DNA of 64,000 nt from Podarcis vaucheri (taxonomy: Eukaryota), in NCBI GenBank assembly GCA_965113315.1, contig OZ220365.1; one strand, written 5' to 3'. The translations under genes and the position numbers were made by a program. The first letter of the stretch is position 1. Each line of letters opens with the position of its first letter. Below, piece after piece: positions 47,764-59,515 of this stretch. The notes under the pieces are model-generated. The model saw only the letters and a list, made by a program, of their open reading frames with translations. It had not been told where the DNA came from and searched no databases.

Positions 47764-48753
47764 GTACAATGCTTGACTAATCGGCAGCAGCACAGCCAGG
47801 CTGCAATCCTTACAATCACATTGGAGTTACACATTGGAGCAAAAATCTCCCAAGTGGCTCACAAAAAAACATTAATTAAAACATACTGACGAAATCAAAC
47901 TTTAAAAACAAATTGACACCAAATTTATCAAAATATAGTCAGCAGCTTTAAAACAAGTATGCATGGATTGCCGTTTTTTTAAACCTTTGTGTCTGTTTCT
48001 ATATATTTTATTAACTGCTTTAAGTGAATCCTTTTTGGAGCGGAAGGATGTGAAACAGTTTTGGTGTATTAAAAAAGAATACTTTAAAAACGTAAACAAG
48101 TAGTTCAGTCAATATTCTCAGCCTCTGTAAAGAAGTACCTCTTTGCGTTTGGCTTCCAAATGCTCCAATGCATGCAGTTTTGTGTTTATGCCAGTAAACA
48201 GTTCAGGCGAATGCTCACTGCTTAAGTGATACAAGGAGCTAAGTCAGTTGATTTGTTTAGTTATTTACTTATTTATTTGGAATTATTTTTTGCCCTCTCA
48301 GTTAAACAACCATCACTGCAAGCTTCCAAGTGATTGAAATAACAATTCCTTACACAACCCATCAGCTTCATGTCCCTTGGATGGAGTCAGAGTGTGCTTC
48401 CTTTCTGACCTGAAGTTCCTGGATAATTAGCAGTTGGAGCCAAGTTTTCTTTCTTGCAGGGAGAGGGAGAAGCAAATGCCCCACAGCTGCCCCATTTCAG
48501 GCTTTTGCATAATGTCAGGGTGGACTTCCCTTGTGGTGGTGTCCCTTCTGTGGCGGGGGACAGGGGGAGAGAGAGGCAGGAGATGAAGCCTTCCAGAAGC
48601 CCTTTGTTCCCTAGTCAGTGGCAAAGGCCAGAGTGTGTTTACCTTGACTTCCCAGGGCATCTTGTGATGACGTGAGCCATGCAGTTAGCTGTAATGCATG
48701 TGTCAATTTGACCGGTCCATTAGATTTCTAAAACATGCAGAGAATTGTGTATA

Positions 48754-48979
48754 CAGTGGTACCTTGGGTTACATACGCTTCAGGTTACAGACTCTGCTAA
48801 CCCAGAAATAGTACCTCAGGTTAAGAACTTTGCTTCAGGATAAGAACAGAAATCGTGCTCCGGCAGCGTGGCGGCAGCAGGAGGCCCCATTAGCTAAAGT
48901 GGTGCTTCAGGTTAAGAACAGTTTCAGGTTAAGAACGGATCTCCGGAACGAATTAAATACTTAACCCGGGGTACCACTG
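48754..48979. mobile_element. Tc1/mariner-type MITE, family A copy 2
   Basis: TA|CAGTGGTACC...GGTACCACTG|TA; aligns with 3917-4147. Confidence 0.88.
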
Positions 48980-49010
48980 TATTAGCTTTTTGCAGTGCAA
49001 GATGTTAGTA

Positions 49011-49332
49011 CAGTGGTGCCCCGCAAGACGAATGCCTCGCAAGACAGAAAACCCACTAGACGAAAGGGTTTTCCGTTTTTGAGCTGCTTCGCAAGACAAT
49101 TTTCCCTATGGGCTTGCTTTGCAAGACGAAAACGTCTTGTGAGTGTTCCGATTTTTCCCCGCTCCCCCTCCCTTTTTCTAAGTTGCTAATAGCCCTTTAG
49201 CCGCTAATCCGCTAAGCCTTTAATAGCCGCTAATAGTGCTAATCCGCTAATAGGGTTGCTTCGCAAGACGAAAAAACCGCTAGACGAAGAGACTCAAGGA
49301 ACGGATTAATTTCGTCTTGCGAGGCACCACTG
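49011..49332. mobile_element. Tc1/mariner-type MITE, family B
   Basis: TA|CAGTGGTGCCCCGCAAGACGAA...TTCGTCTTGCGAGGCACCACTG|TA; internal GCAAGAC and CCGCTAA repeats; CpG-rich. Confidence 0.85.
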
Positions 49333-49879
49333 TAAACAAAATTATTTTTGAATAATTCCAAAAGGTTAAACTTGCTAGCTTGTGCTGTGGCGGCAGGGCC
49401 ATCTGGTATGCTTGGCTGCTGGAGGCAAAGGACAAGATAGCAAACATAAACACACACACACACACCCCATTCCATGTACAGATGCCAACCAGATTAGCAG
49501 TTGAATCTTACTTCAACTGTGCCAGTGAGATGGCATCCTCCTATTAGAGGTTACCGCTCACACACTTGCACTGCGCTTTTCTGCTAGTGTAGTGGCACCT
49601 CGGTAAAACGACTTCTTACAGTTTGTAGCAGAGTTTTCCCTGGAGGCAGAGGACAAGAACAGGAGTCATACTCAAATTCACAGTCAAGAGCTTTTTATTG
49701 CTTGACTGGTTGCACAAGCATTTCTGTTACTATTATATACAAGCTATTTACATTCTTTCTTTATCTCTCCAGCACGGTATAATCTCAGCCCAGTAATTAA
49801 CAATCCCGACACAGCAAAACTCACAGTATCAGCAGCACTCATTGTCTTACTTCCAACCTTATTGTCAACTTGCGTGCTG

Positions 49880-49883
<4 letters not shown>

Positions 49884-49920
<37 letters not shown>
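49884..49920. repeat. (TG)n microsatellite
   Basis: Direct reading. Confidence 0.95.
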
Positions 49921-49921
<1 letters not shown>

Positions 49922-50548
49922 TGTCTGCTTTTGTCATGCTGAAAATGCAGTTTGCAACTTCCTCCCTTTATTTGCACCTCCAGCTGATACCAGTCAAGCC
50001 TAGAGTGCCACTCCTACACACTAAATTCTGGAACCCTCTTTAAAGCTTCCAGGAACCTTTATCTGTTTCTTTAAGAATGTTTTCCTAACATCTCCACCAT
50101 ACCTTAGGTCAGCAGGCTAGCTTGGGGATACAGGGCAGGCCCTGTGGCACATGCTACCTTGTCCTCCCACAGAGGGGGATTGCCCGAGTGGATCAAATGG
50201 AATGATACTGTGTAATATGAAAACTCTACCCTCTGTATCTGCTGCTTGAAGCGACTGCCTCACATTGCCTCATGGTAGGGTTGGCCCCTGAGTGGTGGGT
50301 CAGTTAGCCTCTAATTGTCAGGGAAGAAATTGTGTTTCAGGAAGTTCCACTCTTTTCCAGTATGGAGCAGAGGTCTCGATCTCAGTCTTGTAGAAATTTA
50401 GCAATTGTTACTCTCTTGTTGCCATTTTTATGAAATGTGAAGGCAAATCCAGCATGTACCTTAGAAAAGGGGCTTTCGAAGTGAAAAAATAAATGGATAA
50501 CTCTTCCTTCTGATTTTTTTATTGTTGATTCCCCACCCCCCTTTCCAG

Positions 50549-50782
50549 GAGCTACAGAAAGATATGCAAGCAAATACACAGGCACTGGCAGAAATTGTGA
50601 AAAATACGGAGATGTTTTTGAAAGAAAATGGAGAAAAGCTGCGACAAGAAGACAAGACTGCTCTTGAAAAGAAGCTTAATGAAGCCAAGACCAAGTGTTT
50701 GCTGCTTAGCCAGAAAGCAGAGGAGTCCAGGAAACAGCTGGATAAAGCCGTGACAACAGCTATTAAGCAAGAAACAGAAAAG
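50549..50782 (+). CDS. DST: Spectrin-rod exon ([31 protein letters not shown]...AIKQETEK)
   Basis: cag|GAG ... AAG|gttct; 234 bp. Confidence 0.95.
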
Positions 50783-50935
50783 GTTCTTTGGCAACCCTTT
50801 AATATTTATTTAAAAATGGCTCATTGCTATAATTTTTCCTTGCATGTGAATGCTGACCATCCCAGACAATGTCTGAATGTCTGACAATGTCTGACAATGT
50901 TTGTGAATGTCTGAAAACTCAAGGAATTGATTGTC

Positions 50936-50937
<2 letters not shown>

Positions 50938-50986
<49 letters not shown>
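50938..50986. repeat. (TAT)n microsatellite
   Basis: Direct reading. Confidence 0.95.
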
Positions 50987-51572
50987 TCACTGTGTGTATT
51001 AAATGTAGGGAAATGCATCTATCTATTTTCAGACATTCACCAAATGCATCTGAAATTGTCAGTATTTGCTTCCCAAAAGAAAGGAACATATAGAGCAATT
51101 CAGTGTAGCACTCAGGAGATAGTTGCTTCAGCATAAACAGTTCTGCTTGCCAGATGTCCCCCCCCCCCCCCGTATTCTGTTCTGAGGGTTCTCCCAACTG
51201 CCCCTAGCCATTTTTTTCCTTTTTCGGGGGCAGAGTGCAGAGAAGGAAAGTCCCATTGCACTAGCTAAAATCCTTGTGCAGACTTTCACTAATGTGAATG
51301 TGGCCTGTAAACATCTGGTTCCATAAGTTTTTCCTCCCAAGGGAGGATCCTTTAAACAATAGGAATAATAATTCATTTTAGTTTTTCCTAAGCATACAGA
51401 AGTGCAGGCACACTGCATCATTCTGCAGATGTTTGCACATGACCAGTAGGATGAAAAGTCCCACTAATCCCCCCCAAATGTATTAGTATACCCTTGTTTG
51501 CAATATCACGAATATCTGCATTTGAACTTTTCATGACTGCGTAAGATTCGAGCTTGAACTATAATTGTGCAG

Positions 51573-51857
51573 GTTGCAGCTAGAGAACAGCTAGAGGAGA
51601 GTAAAAGCACAATAGAGAACCTTCTGGACTGGTTGTCAAAGGTCGACAAGGATGCTGAACATGGGGGCAAGAAAGGCAAGCCATCAATTAAACAGAATGG
51701 CAACCATTTCCAAGAAGGAGAGCTGGAAGAGTTGGCTGGAGAAGACGATGAAGTCAATGGCAACTTGATGGAAATCCAACAACAGAATGAAACTCACGTG
51801 GATGGACAACGGAAGCCCTCAGAAGATAATCTCAACATGCAGTATCAGAAAGCCAAG
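51573..51857 (+). CDS. DST: Spectrin-rod exon (VAAREQLEESKSTIENLLDWLSKVDK...QYQKAK)
   Basis: cag|GTT ... AAG|gtact; 285 bp. Confidence 0.95.
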
Positions 51858-52618
51858 GTACTACACATGTATAATACTAATTGCTTTATCAATTCACGCT
51901 TGTCCTGGAAAAGAAATGAGGGCTGATACAAACTCACCTCATGTGCCGTGGAGCCAGCATTGCCAGCTGTTGTGGTGGCCTTGAAACGTACAAAGCAAAA
52001 GCCAAGTCCACCCCTAGATCTCTGCTTTTCATACCAAGGAATCTCTAGAATGATTTCGTGGGAGGTGATTTCACCACCTCTCCCTGCACTACAAGCCTCA
52101 GAGCATATTTATTTCCTAGCTCTTATCTAATGAACCAGTAGAGCATTTTCATCTTTATCTTCTGTGTTGAAAGTGCTCAAAGCTGTGGAAAATAAAGGCA
52201 GGCCAAAGTGGGAAGAATTGACAAGCACACCCAAACAGCCCAGCCTTAGCACATCTTACATCCATCGGAATGCCAGTGGCCGCACACAGCTCTCTTTAAG
52301 CACAAGGCCTCTCTCAAAAGCCTCAGTGTTATGGGTAGCTCCATGCAGGCACATCCGTGCATAAACGGAACTACCCCTAACATGAAGCCATTGAAGAAGC
52401 CTTTGTGTGTGTATTGGGATATTTTAATGCTGGTGATTTGTTCTTGCGACTGGGAAGTAGGAATGTAGTTGGTTGGTACATCTGCAGCACACAGCATTTT
52501 GATTTGTTTAATGTTTCTGAACCACCGTTAAGTACATTTCCTAAGAATCGGACACATTACAGATTGCACTGCTAGTTATATATGTACGTTTTGATTCCCT
52601 GCCGCTTTCCCCACCCAG

Positions 52619-53164
52619 GCTCAGCATGAGAAAATTATTTCCCAGCAGCAAGCTGTCATAATAGCTACACAGTCAACCCAAGCCCTGCTTGAGAAGCAAG
52701 GACACCATCTTTCTCCAGAGGAAAAGGAGAAGATTCAAAGGAATATGAAGGAACTGAAGGTGCAGTATGAAACTGCCTTAGCGGAGTCGGAGCAGAAGCT
52801 GAAGTTGACCCGCTCTTTGCAGGAGGAGCTTGAGAAGTTTGATGCGGACTATGGCGAGTTTGAAAGCTGGCTCCAGCAGGGAGAGCAGGAACTTGATAAC
52901 CTGGAAACAGGTGCATCTGACTTTAATGGGATTATCATCAAACTGAAAAGGCAGAAGAGTTTTTCGGAAGATGTCATTTCTCACAAAGGGGACTTGCGGT
53001 ACATCACCATTTCTGGACAGAGAGTATTGGATGCTGCTAAATCGTGTAATAAAAGAGAAGGTGTCAAATACGACAAGGAAGGTATTGATACTTCTTCAAC
53101 TTACATTGAGGTACAGAATAAGCTGGATAGTGCAGCTGGTCGCTTCAAATCTCTCTACTCTAAG
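52619..53164 (+). CDS. DST: Spectrin-rod exon ([21 protein letters not shown]...[20 protein letters not shown]...SLYSK)
   Basis: cag|GCT ... AAG|gtaaa; 546 bp. Confidence 0.95.
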
Positions 53165-53444
53165 GTAAATTGAGTGTGAATTCATGTGGAATGTGTATCC
53201 ATGAGATAAACCTTTTAGGTCACTGAATTGTTACAGGAAATTAAAAGCAGAATGCTTTCTGTAGAGGAGGAGCCTGTCTAAGGGTATTTTGTTGCTGCAT
53301 CTCTCTGTATCTTATGTTTTCCCTGTATCAGGCAAAATGTATAACTGAATTGAGGAAGCAGGATTAGGGTTTAGGTTTCTCCCTTTCACTCTCAGTTTGT
53401 GAGTTTCTACAGTCTCTTGTTCCCACTTTTTGTCGTTACTCACT

Positions 53445-53650
53445 TCATTTTTATCTTACACTTTCTCCGTGAGCTCAGGGTGGCAAGCATAGTCTCCACC
53501 CCCACCCAACCCCATTTTATTCTCGCAAGCTGTAAAGTAGGTTAGGCTGTGAGTGAGTGGGACTGGCCCAGGGTCACCCACTGAGCTTCATGGCTAAGCA
53601 GGGATTTCAGCCAGATTCTCTCATGTCCTAGGCTGACATTCCCATGCATC
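53445..53650 (-). mobile_element. MIR-like SINE (related remnants near 43530-43700 and 56240-56890)
   Basis: CCCCATTTTAT...GTAGGTTAGGCTG...GACTGGCCCAGGGTCACCCA.TGAGCTTCATGGC...GGGATTT is the antisense squamate MIR-like pattern. Confidence 0.65.
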
Positions 53651-54284
53651 ACTTGTGAGCATTGACAAACCAATTTACAGCGGAACCAGATATGATCCTA
53701 AAATCACATTCAAAACCTGGATATAATCAGGGTTCTCACAGTGAATTTGTGAGCATAACTGCTGTCATGGTAATTAGACTTGGAAGTATTCCTCATCATC
53801 CCTAAACCATGTTTAAATCTTGCAGTTCAATTCATTGCATGTTTCTTCAGAAGTAAGTCCCGCTGTGTTTAATGGAACTTGCTCCCTAGTAAGTTTGCTT
53901 AGGATTGCAGCTTTAATGTTACTGTACTGGCTTTATTTAATGATATATGGTGGGGGTGGTGTTATGTGAAATACTAAATTGCCCTATTCTGTATATTTTT
54001 CTGTATTGCACAATATTTGATCTTCTCAGGGAATCCCATTTGTTTTCTTACCATTTACTCTGAGGCTTTTAAACATGTACTCTGAGACAACTTAGAACCG
54101 AATTTGGTCTCTGTAGCTATTTAAACAGCCCCTTTAGTGCGTTAAAAAGAGTATCTTTAAGTGCCTGAACACATGAATACAGAAAGTGGGTGGGAGCAGG
54201 GACACACAAACACACACTCCATCCCCAATGTCCTCAGTTGTTGAGCTTTCCTGTGATGTGCTAATAAGCATTCTGCTTAGTAGA

Positions 54285-54903
54285 ATGTACAATGGTGGAG
54301 TTTTAGCTAAAATATGAAGCCCAGCACAATGCAGAGCAGTAGTCAAAGTGGTACCTGCTGATGTCTTAGTAGAATGCTAATAAGCATTCTACTCATGTTC
54401 ACTAGAATTCAAGTAGAACTCTTATAAAGAGTTGAACTCTGATAAAGCAGTGTCCTCAGTTGCATGGAGAGCAGAAGTAGAAGCCCCTGGCACACTTCCT
54501 CTGTGCAACGTGGAAGGCTGGGGACTGCAGTAATGTGATGTATGTGAGGACATTGGGGAGTGGGGCTTGTGTGTGCACCCCTGTCCACACTTTTAACAGT
54601 CCACATGTTTTGGTGAATGCCTGAACACCCCTAAGGCAGCAGTCTGATTGCTTCAATATGTGCCCAAAGCACAGATCAAAGCTTTGCCACTCAGGTGACA
54701 TTCTGTGGTGGTGTGGTAAGCAGAAATCTGGGTGATGCCATAAGATTACCATGTAGCCACGGGTTCAGCCCTTGCCATAAATGATAATCTAGAAATCGAC
54801 TAGAAGTTTCATATGGCTGCCAGACATCAGCAGGTACCACTTTGACTACTGCTCTGCATTGTGCTGGGCTTCATATTTTAGCTAAAACACCACCATTGTA
54901 CAT
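54285..54903. repeat. 82-bp inverted duplication (54285-54366 vs 54822-54903, one mismatch)
   Basis: Direct reverse-complement comparison. Confidence 0.92.
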
Positions 54904-55474
54904 ATGCGGTGATGGAAGAGAGATAAAAACTGAGATACACATTAGCCAACACACAAAATAAATTTATTCTGGAATTCTTATTTTGTTCATTTAACTCAAA
55001 CTTCTAAAACTTAGGACTTCTCAGGATATACAAACTTCCAGGTTATGATTTTGTCTGCAAATCCTACTTGTCTGGCTTTTCAAATTTGACCACTAGATGG
55101 AGCCAATTGCAATAAAAACCTTTCACATGAGTGTCATAAGTTAGTGAGGAGGGAAATTTAAACAACACACGCAACACACACTAAGCCAAACCTTAGCTAT
55201 GCTTGATGCAGTGCAGCAGGAAAAGGGTTTCGTTTAGGGTGTCAGACAAAGCAGGCTTGTGTGTGGTTTCCATGTTCAGCCGTTACTAGAGCGGTATGAA
55301 AAGGCACTGTTATCATTGCATAAATCTATTGCAGTACAAGCTAAGCAGAGTATTTGAATTACCGTTACAAGATGTTTTCAAATTGCCTAAAACTTTTAGC
55401 TAGTAATATTATATACAAATGCTTTAAAATATATTTCCATTATTGAATACCGTTTTCTCTCTGTGCACTTCTAG

Positions 55475-55651
55475 TGCAGTATCCTTGGAAATAACCTCAA
55501 AGATCTGGTAGATAAATACCAGAATTATGAGGACACCTCATCTGGGCTTCTGACAGGACTTCAGGCCTCCGAAGAAGCTGTGAATAAACAGTTGTCTGAG
55601 GCAGTTGCTGTAGATCCAAAAAATCTCCAGAGACAACTAGAAGAAACCAAG
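55475..55651 (+). CDS. DST: Spectrin-rod exon ([26 protein letters not shown]...[14 protein letters not shown])
   Basis: tag|TGC ... AAG|gtaaa; 177 bp. Confidence 0.95.
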
Positions 55652-56331
55652 GTAAACCAAGTGGGAAAAAAATCTCCAGAGCTGTTGTATTTCAAGAAAA
55701 AGCAGTTTATAGAATAAAGGAAGGCCATGTTCCCCTTTGGTGTATGTGTGTTTCCGGGGGGGGGGGGGGAGGTGTACATTAGTTGAACATGTCAGATTTA
55801 GAAAAAAATAATGCTGATTGTTACAAGGGAAACCTGGAAGTGTCCTGTCAATGACTCATTATCTCTTTGACTTCCAACTTGTTCATGGGACCCCAAGTGC
55901 TTATTGAACATTGTGGCTATATGTCAGGGATCCCAAACCTTTTTGAGCCTGGGCGCACATTTGGAAAGCTAAGGAACAGTTGTGGGCCAAAACATCCATC
56001 TCACATGGTGGGGCGGGGGGACCCACCACTCACGCTCGGATCTGATCCAACCACCACACAAATAAAATGGACAAAAAGTGTAAGCAATCCCCCACGCCCC
56101 CCCAAAAAAAACCCTCTCAACAAAATAAATCCCAGTAAATTTAGAAAGGACATTGAAAGGGCAAGTGGCCTCATCAGGGACCAACAGTGTCTGTCTAAGA
56201 GAACCAGAAGTAGAATCAGGACAATGTATATGTTTTTACTCCTTTTTATCCTCACCACACCCCTGCAAGGTAGATTATATTGAGAGATAACGAGTGACTC
56301 AATATAACCTAGAGCATATCATAGTTTAGTA

Positions 56332-56814
56332 CGGTGCTTTTTTTCTAGACGAAAAGGTGTCAGAACGCACCTCCCTCAGAAGGCCACCCCAGAGCCCAAA
56401 GAGGATCTCTTTGGACTTGTGGGGGGTGTCTCCTCATGAGCCAGAGGCTTGTTGAGGATGCTTATCTGAGGTGAGTCTTCCTCGCCTCAGCTGAGCAGCT
56501 TAATGAGTCCCTGCCCCCACCTCTCTGGCTCTTATGAGCAATGGGGCTTGCTCAGCTGAGGCTCGGCTTTCCCACATGTTAGCTGGCAGGGGAAGGAGAC
56601 TCAGCAAAGCACCTCTGTGCCTCCAACTCACCAGGAAACCCTCTCCAGAGCATGAAGCGGATGTCTCCTTTTGGGCTCTGGGGAGAGTCCCCTAATGCGC
56701 TAGAGGTGCAGCAGGGCTTTGCTGAGGTTGGTTGGGCTCCTCCGCACTTCCAGGGCCCAGTTGACATGTGCTGGAACAGCGTTCCAGAATGTTCTGACGG
56801 GGGAAAGTGTCCTA
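56332..56814. mobile_element. Putative hAT-type non-autonomous element nested in a MIR-like SINE
   Basis: 8-bp flanks gtttagta/gtttagaa; MIR-like sequence resumes on both sides; GC-rich interior. Confidence 0.55.
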
Positions 56815-56918
56815 GTTTAGAAGGGATTTGATCTCAGTCTCCTCGGTCCAAGCCCAGCACGCCTACTCAGAGTCACTGCATCACACTGGCATCAGGGGGG
56901 AAAATCACAATTCAAGTA

Positions 56919-57136
56919 CAGTGGTACCTCGATTTACAAACACTTTGGGTTACGGACTCCGCTAATCCAGAAGTAGTACCTCAGGTTAAGAACTTTACCT
57001 CAGGATGAGAACAGAAATCGTGCGAGGGCAGCAGCAGGAGGCCCCATTAGCTAAAGTGGTACCTCAGGTTAAGAACGGTTTCAGGTTAAGAATGGACCTC
57101 CAGAACCGATTGAGTTCTTAACCAGAGGTACCACTG
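56919..57136. mobile_element. Tc1/mariner-type MITE, family A copy 3
   Basis: TA|CAGTGGTACCTC...GAGGTACCACTG|TA; same internal sequence as copies 1 and 2. Confidence 0.88.
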
Positions 57137-57870
57137 TATTTGTGTGGAGGGAGGAAACAACAACAACAACACGGACACTTCTTCATAAGAAGTTTTTTTG
57201 TTTTGTTTTTTTAAAGATAACTGGATTAAGGTAGATGAAACATTCTCTTTATCTGGAGTTCTTTCTTCCAAATCCTCCTGGTTCCCGACAAATGTTATCT
57301 CTTGCGACATAAAGCAGAAGTAGCGCTATAGGCAGAACAGAGAGGGCTCTCCATCTGCAGCCTGCCCACTTTACCACCCCAAAGGCCGACTGACATCACA
57401 GACTGCGTTTTTAATAACAAAACTCTCTTCCCATGGATGGGTAACTGCTTTTATGTGACAGGGAAGCTCTGTTTATGGCAGTTGGTTAGGAGAGCCTGGT
57501 TTTTTTTTTAATGAAATGCTTATCAGAGTGGTAGCCAAGTTGCAATTTTAATGTATAGCATGAAAATAATAGTCATTGTGTTAGTCCCATTGTAGTAAGC
57601 GGGAGCTATGCAAAAAAGGGCAATAAGCAAAATATCTTGGGCTGTAAACTGCGTTTGCTCGTGTCAAGATAAGAAGTGCCTATTTTGGATCAGCTCATGG
57701 TTTCATTTAGTGTAGCTTTCTATCATCCCGAATAGCCAACTGGATTCTGCTCAGAAGTTCCCCAGCAGAGCAAGATGTGTATTGTCATCTGTGAGATGTT
57801 TAATGGTGTCTGCCAAACCAATCTTACTGTTATTGTAACAGTAGAATTGAAAAATTGTACATTTTTACAG

Positions 57871-57994
57871 GTGCTTCAGGGGCAGGTGTCCGGTCACCAG
57901 GTTGCTGTAGAGAAACTGAAAAAAGCTGCTGAAGTGCTTTTTGACACCAGGGGAGAGTTACTGCCAGACAAAGATGAAATCCAGAATACCCTGG
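57871..57994 (+). CDS. DST: Spectrin-rod exon ([41 protein letters not shown])
   Basis: cag|GTG ... G|gtaag; phase 0/1. Confidence 0.95.
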
Positions 57995-58584
57995 GTAAGA
58001 TGAGTAACTGTCTTCTCCATTTCCTTCTTCCATTGCTCATATTTGTAGACTGGAGAAGATACTAAGTGGTGGTTGCCTCCTCGCCTCCTACAACTCAGCT
58101 ATTTTTACCGTTATTATTTTTTAAGGCAAAGGGCATAATTTACTGAATCAGGCGGAGCAGTTGTTTAGCTCTCAGCCCATGAAAATCAGCAGGACTTAGT
58201 AGTGCTCAGGTTTGGCTGGGTCATGTCCCTATAAAGTAGCACCAAACCGTACGTGACAGTGACAGGCCCGTGTCTAAATGCAGGTCTGCTGCAGTCGCAT
58301 GTTACAAATGGAATGAGTGAGCCATTTTCAAGGGCAAAAGGGTGGAGGGGAGATGTGTTGAAGTTGCTTATGTGAGACTCTCAGTAGCTTTCCCATGAGG
58401 CACTGATCAGGTTTCCCCCTGCTTAGCTTCAATAGCTTCAGGTGATCCTAGGGCAGCATTGGGGTTCCTGGGCCCTCCAGTTGCCATCAAATTCCAGCTC
58501 CCATCAGCCCCACCCAGTGGTCAGGGATGATGGGCATTGTGTTCCAGCAACATTTGGAGGACCACGGGTTCCCCATGTCTGTTC

Positions 58585-59515
58585 TCCAGTTTGGAGGTGA
58601 CTGTCGCGTGGATCACAGTGGCCAGGTCAGGGCGAGAGAGGTAAGGAGCCAATTGCTTAGCTTGGCGGAGATGAAAAAATGCCGCCTTTGTTGTAGCTGC
58701 AATCTGCGCCTCCATGGAAAGGGAGGTGTCGAAGATTACACCCAAAATCTTAATGGACGGTGCTGGCAATAATTGCCCCCCCGCAAGAGATGGGAATTGC
58801 CCCCCCAATCCCATATCGTCCCTTCCCAGCCAAAGGACCTCTGTCTTCGAAGGATTTAACTTCAACCGGCTCCCACCAGCCACAGCTTCCAAACATCTGA
58901 TCAATGTGTCTGGGGCCGAGTCAGGATGGCCATCCATCAACAGATAGAGTTGGGTGTCATCAGCATACTGATGGCAGCCCAGCCCAAAACTCTGGGCGAG
59001 GGGGCGCATAAAGATGTTGAAAAGCATTGGGGAGAGTATTGCACCCTGAGGCACTCCACACACCAAGGAGTGGCGCGATGACAGTTCCCCCCCCCAAGCG
59101 CCACCCTCTGTCCCCGGCCAGAGAGAAACGAGCGCAGCCATTGAAGGACTGTGCCCTGGATCTCCACGTCGGCAAGGCGGTGGTCCAGGAGTTCGTGATC
59201 GACCATGTCGAAAGCTGCTGACATATCTAGAAGAATCAGCAGCCCCGACCCGCCTCGATCCAGCTGCCTACGGAGATCATCTGTTAGGGCGACCAGAGCC
59301 GTCTCGGTCCCATGACCAGCGCGGAAGCCGGACTGGAATGGATCCAGGGACGATGTTTCATCCAGAAACACACCAAACTGTTCAGCAACCGCTCTCTCAA
59401 TCACCTTACCCAGGAATGGAAGGTTCAAAACCGGGCAGTAATTGGATAGATCTAAAGGATCTAATGGTGTTTTCTTTAAGAGCGGGCGGACCACTGCCTC
59501 CTTCAATTCCCCTGG
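58585..59515 (-). mobile_element. L2-clade LINE reverse-transcriptase fragment, frameshifted
   Basis: Two overlapping - strand ORFs with RT motifs PLLKK..LDP...NLPFLGK, QSGFR..HGTETAL, LLDMSAAFD, GVPQGAILSP, YADDTQLY, LKLNPSKTE. Confidence 0.9.

Noticed and set aside
55618-55681. Short direct repeat AAAAATCTCCAGAG across an exon/intron boundary
   Set aside because: Only about 14 bp; compatible with a small local duplication or chance, with no evident consequence.
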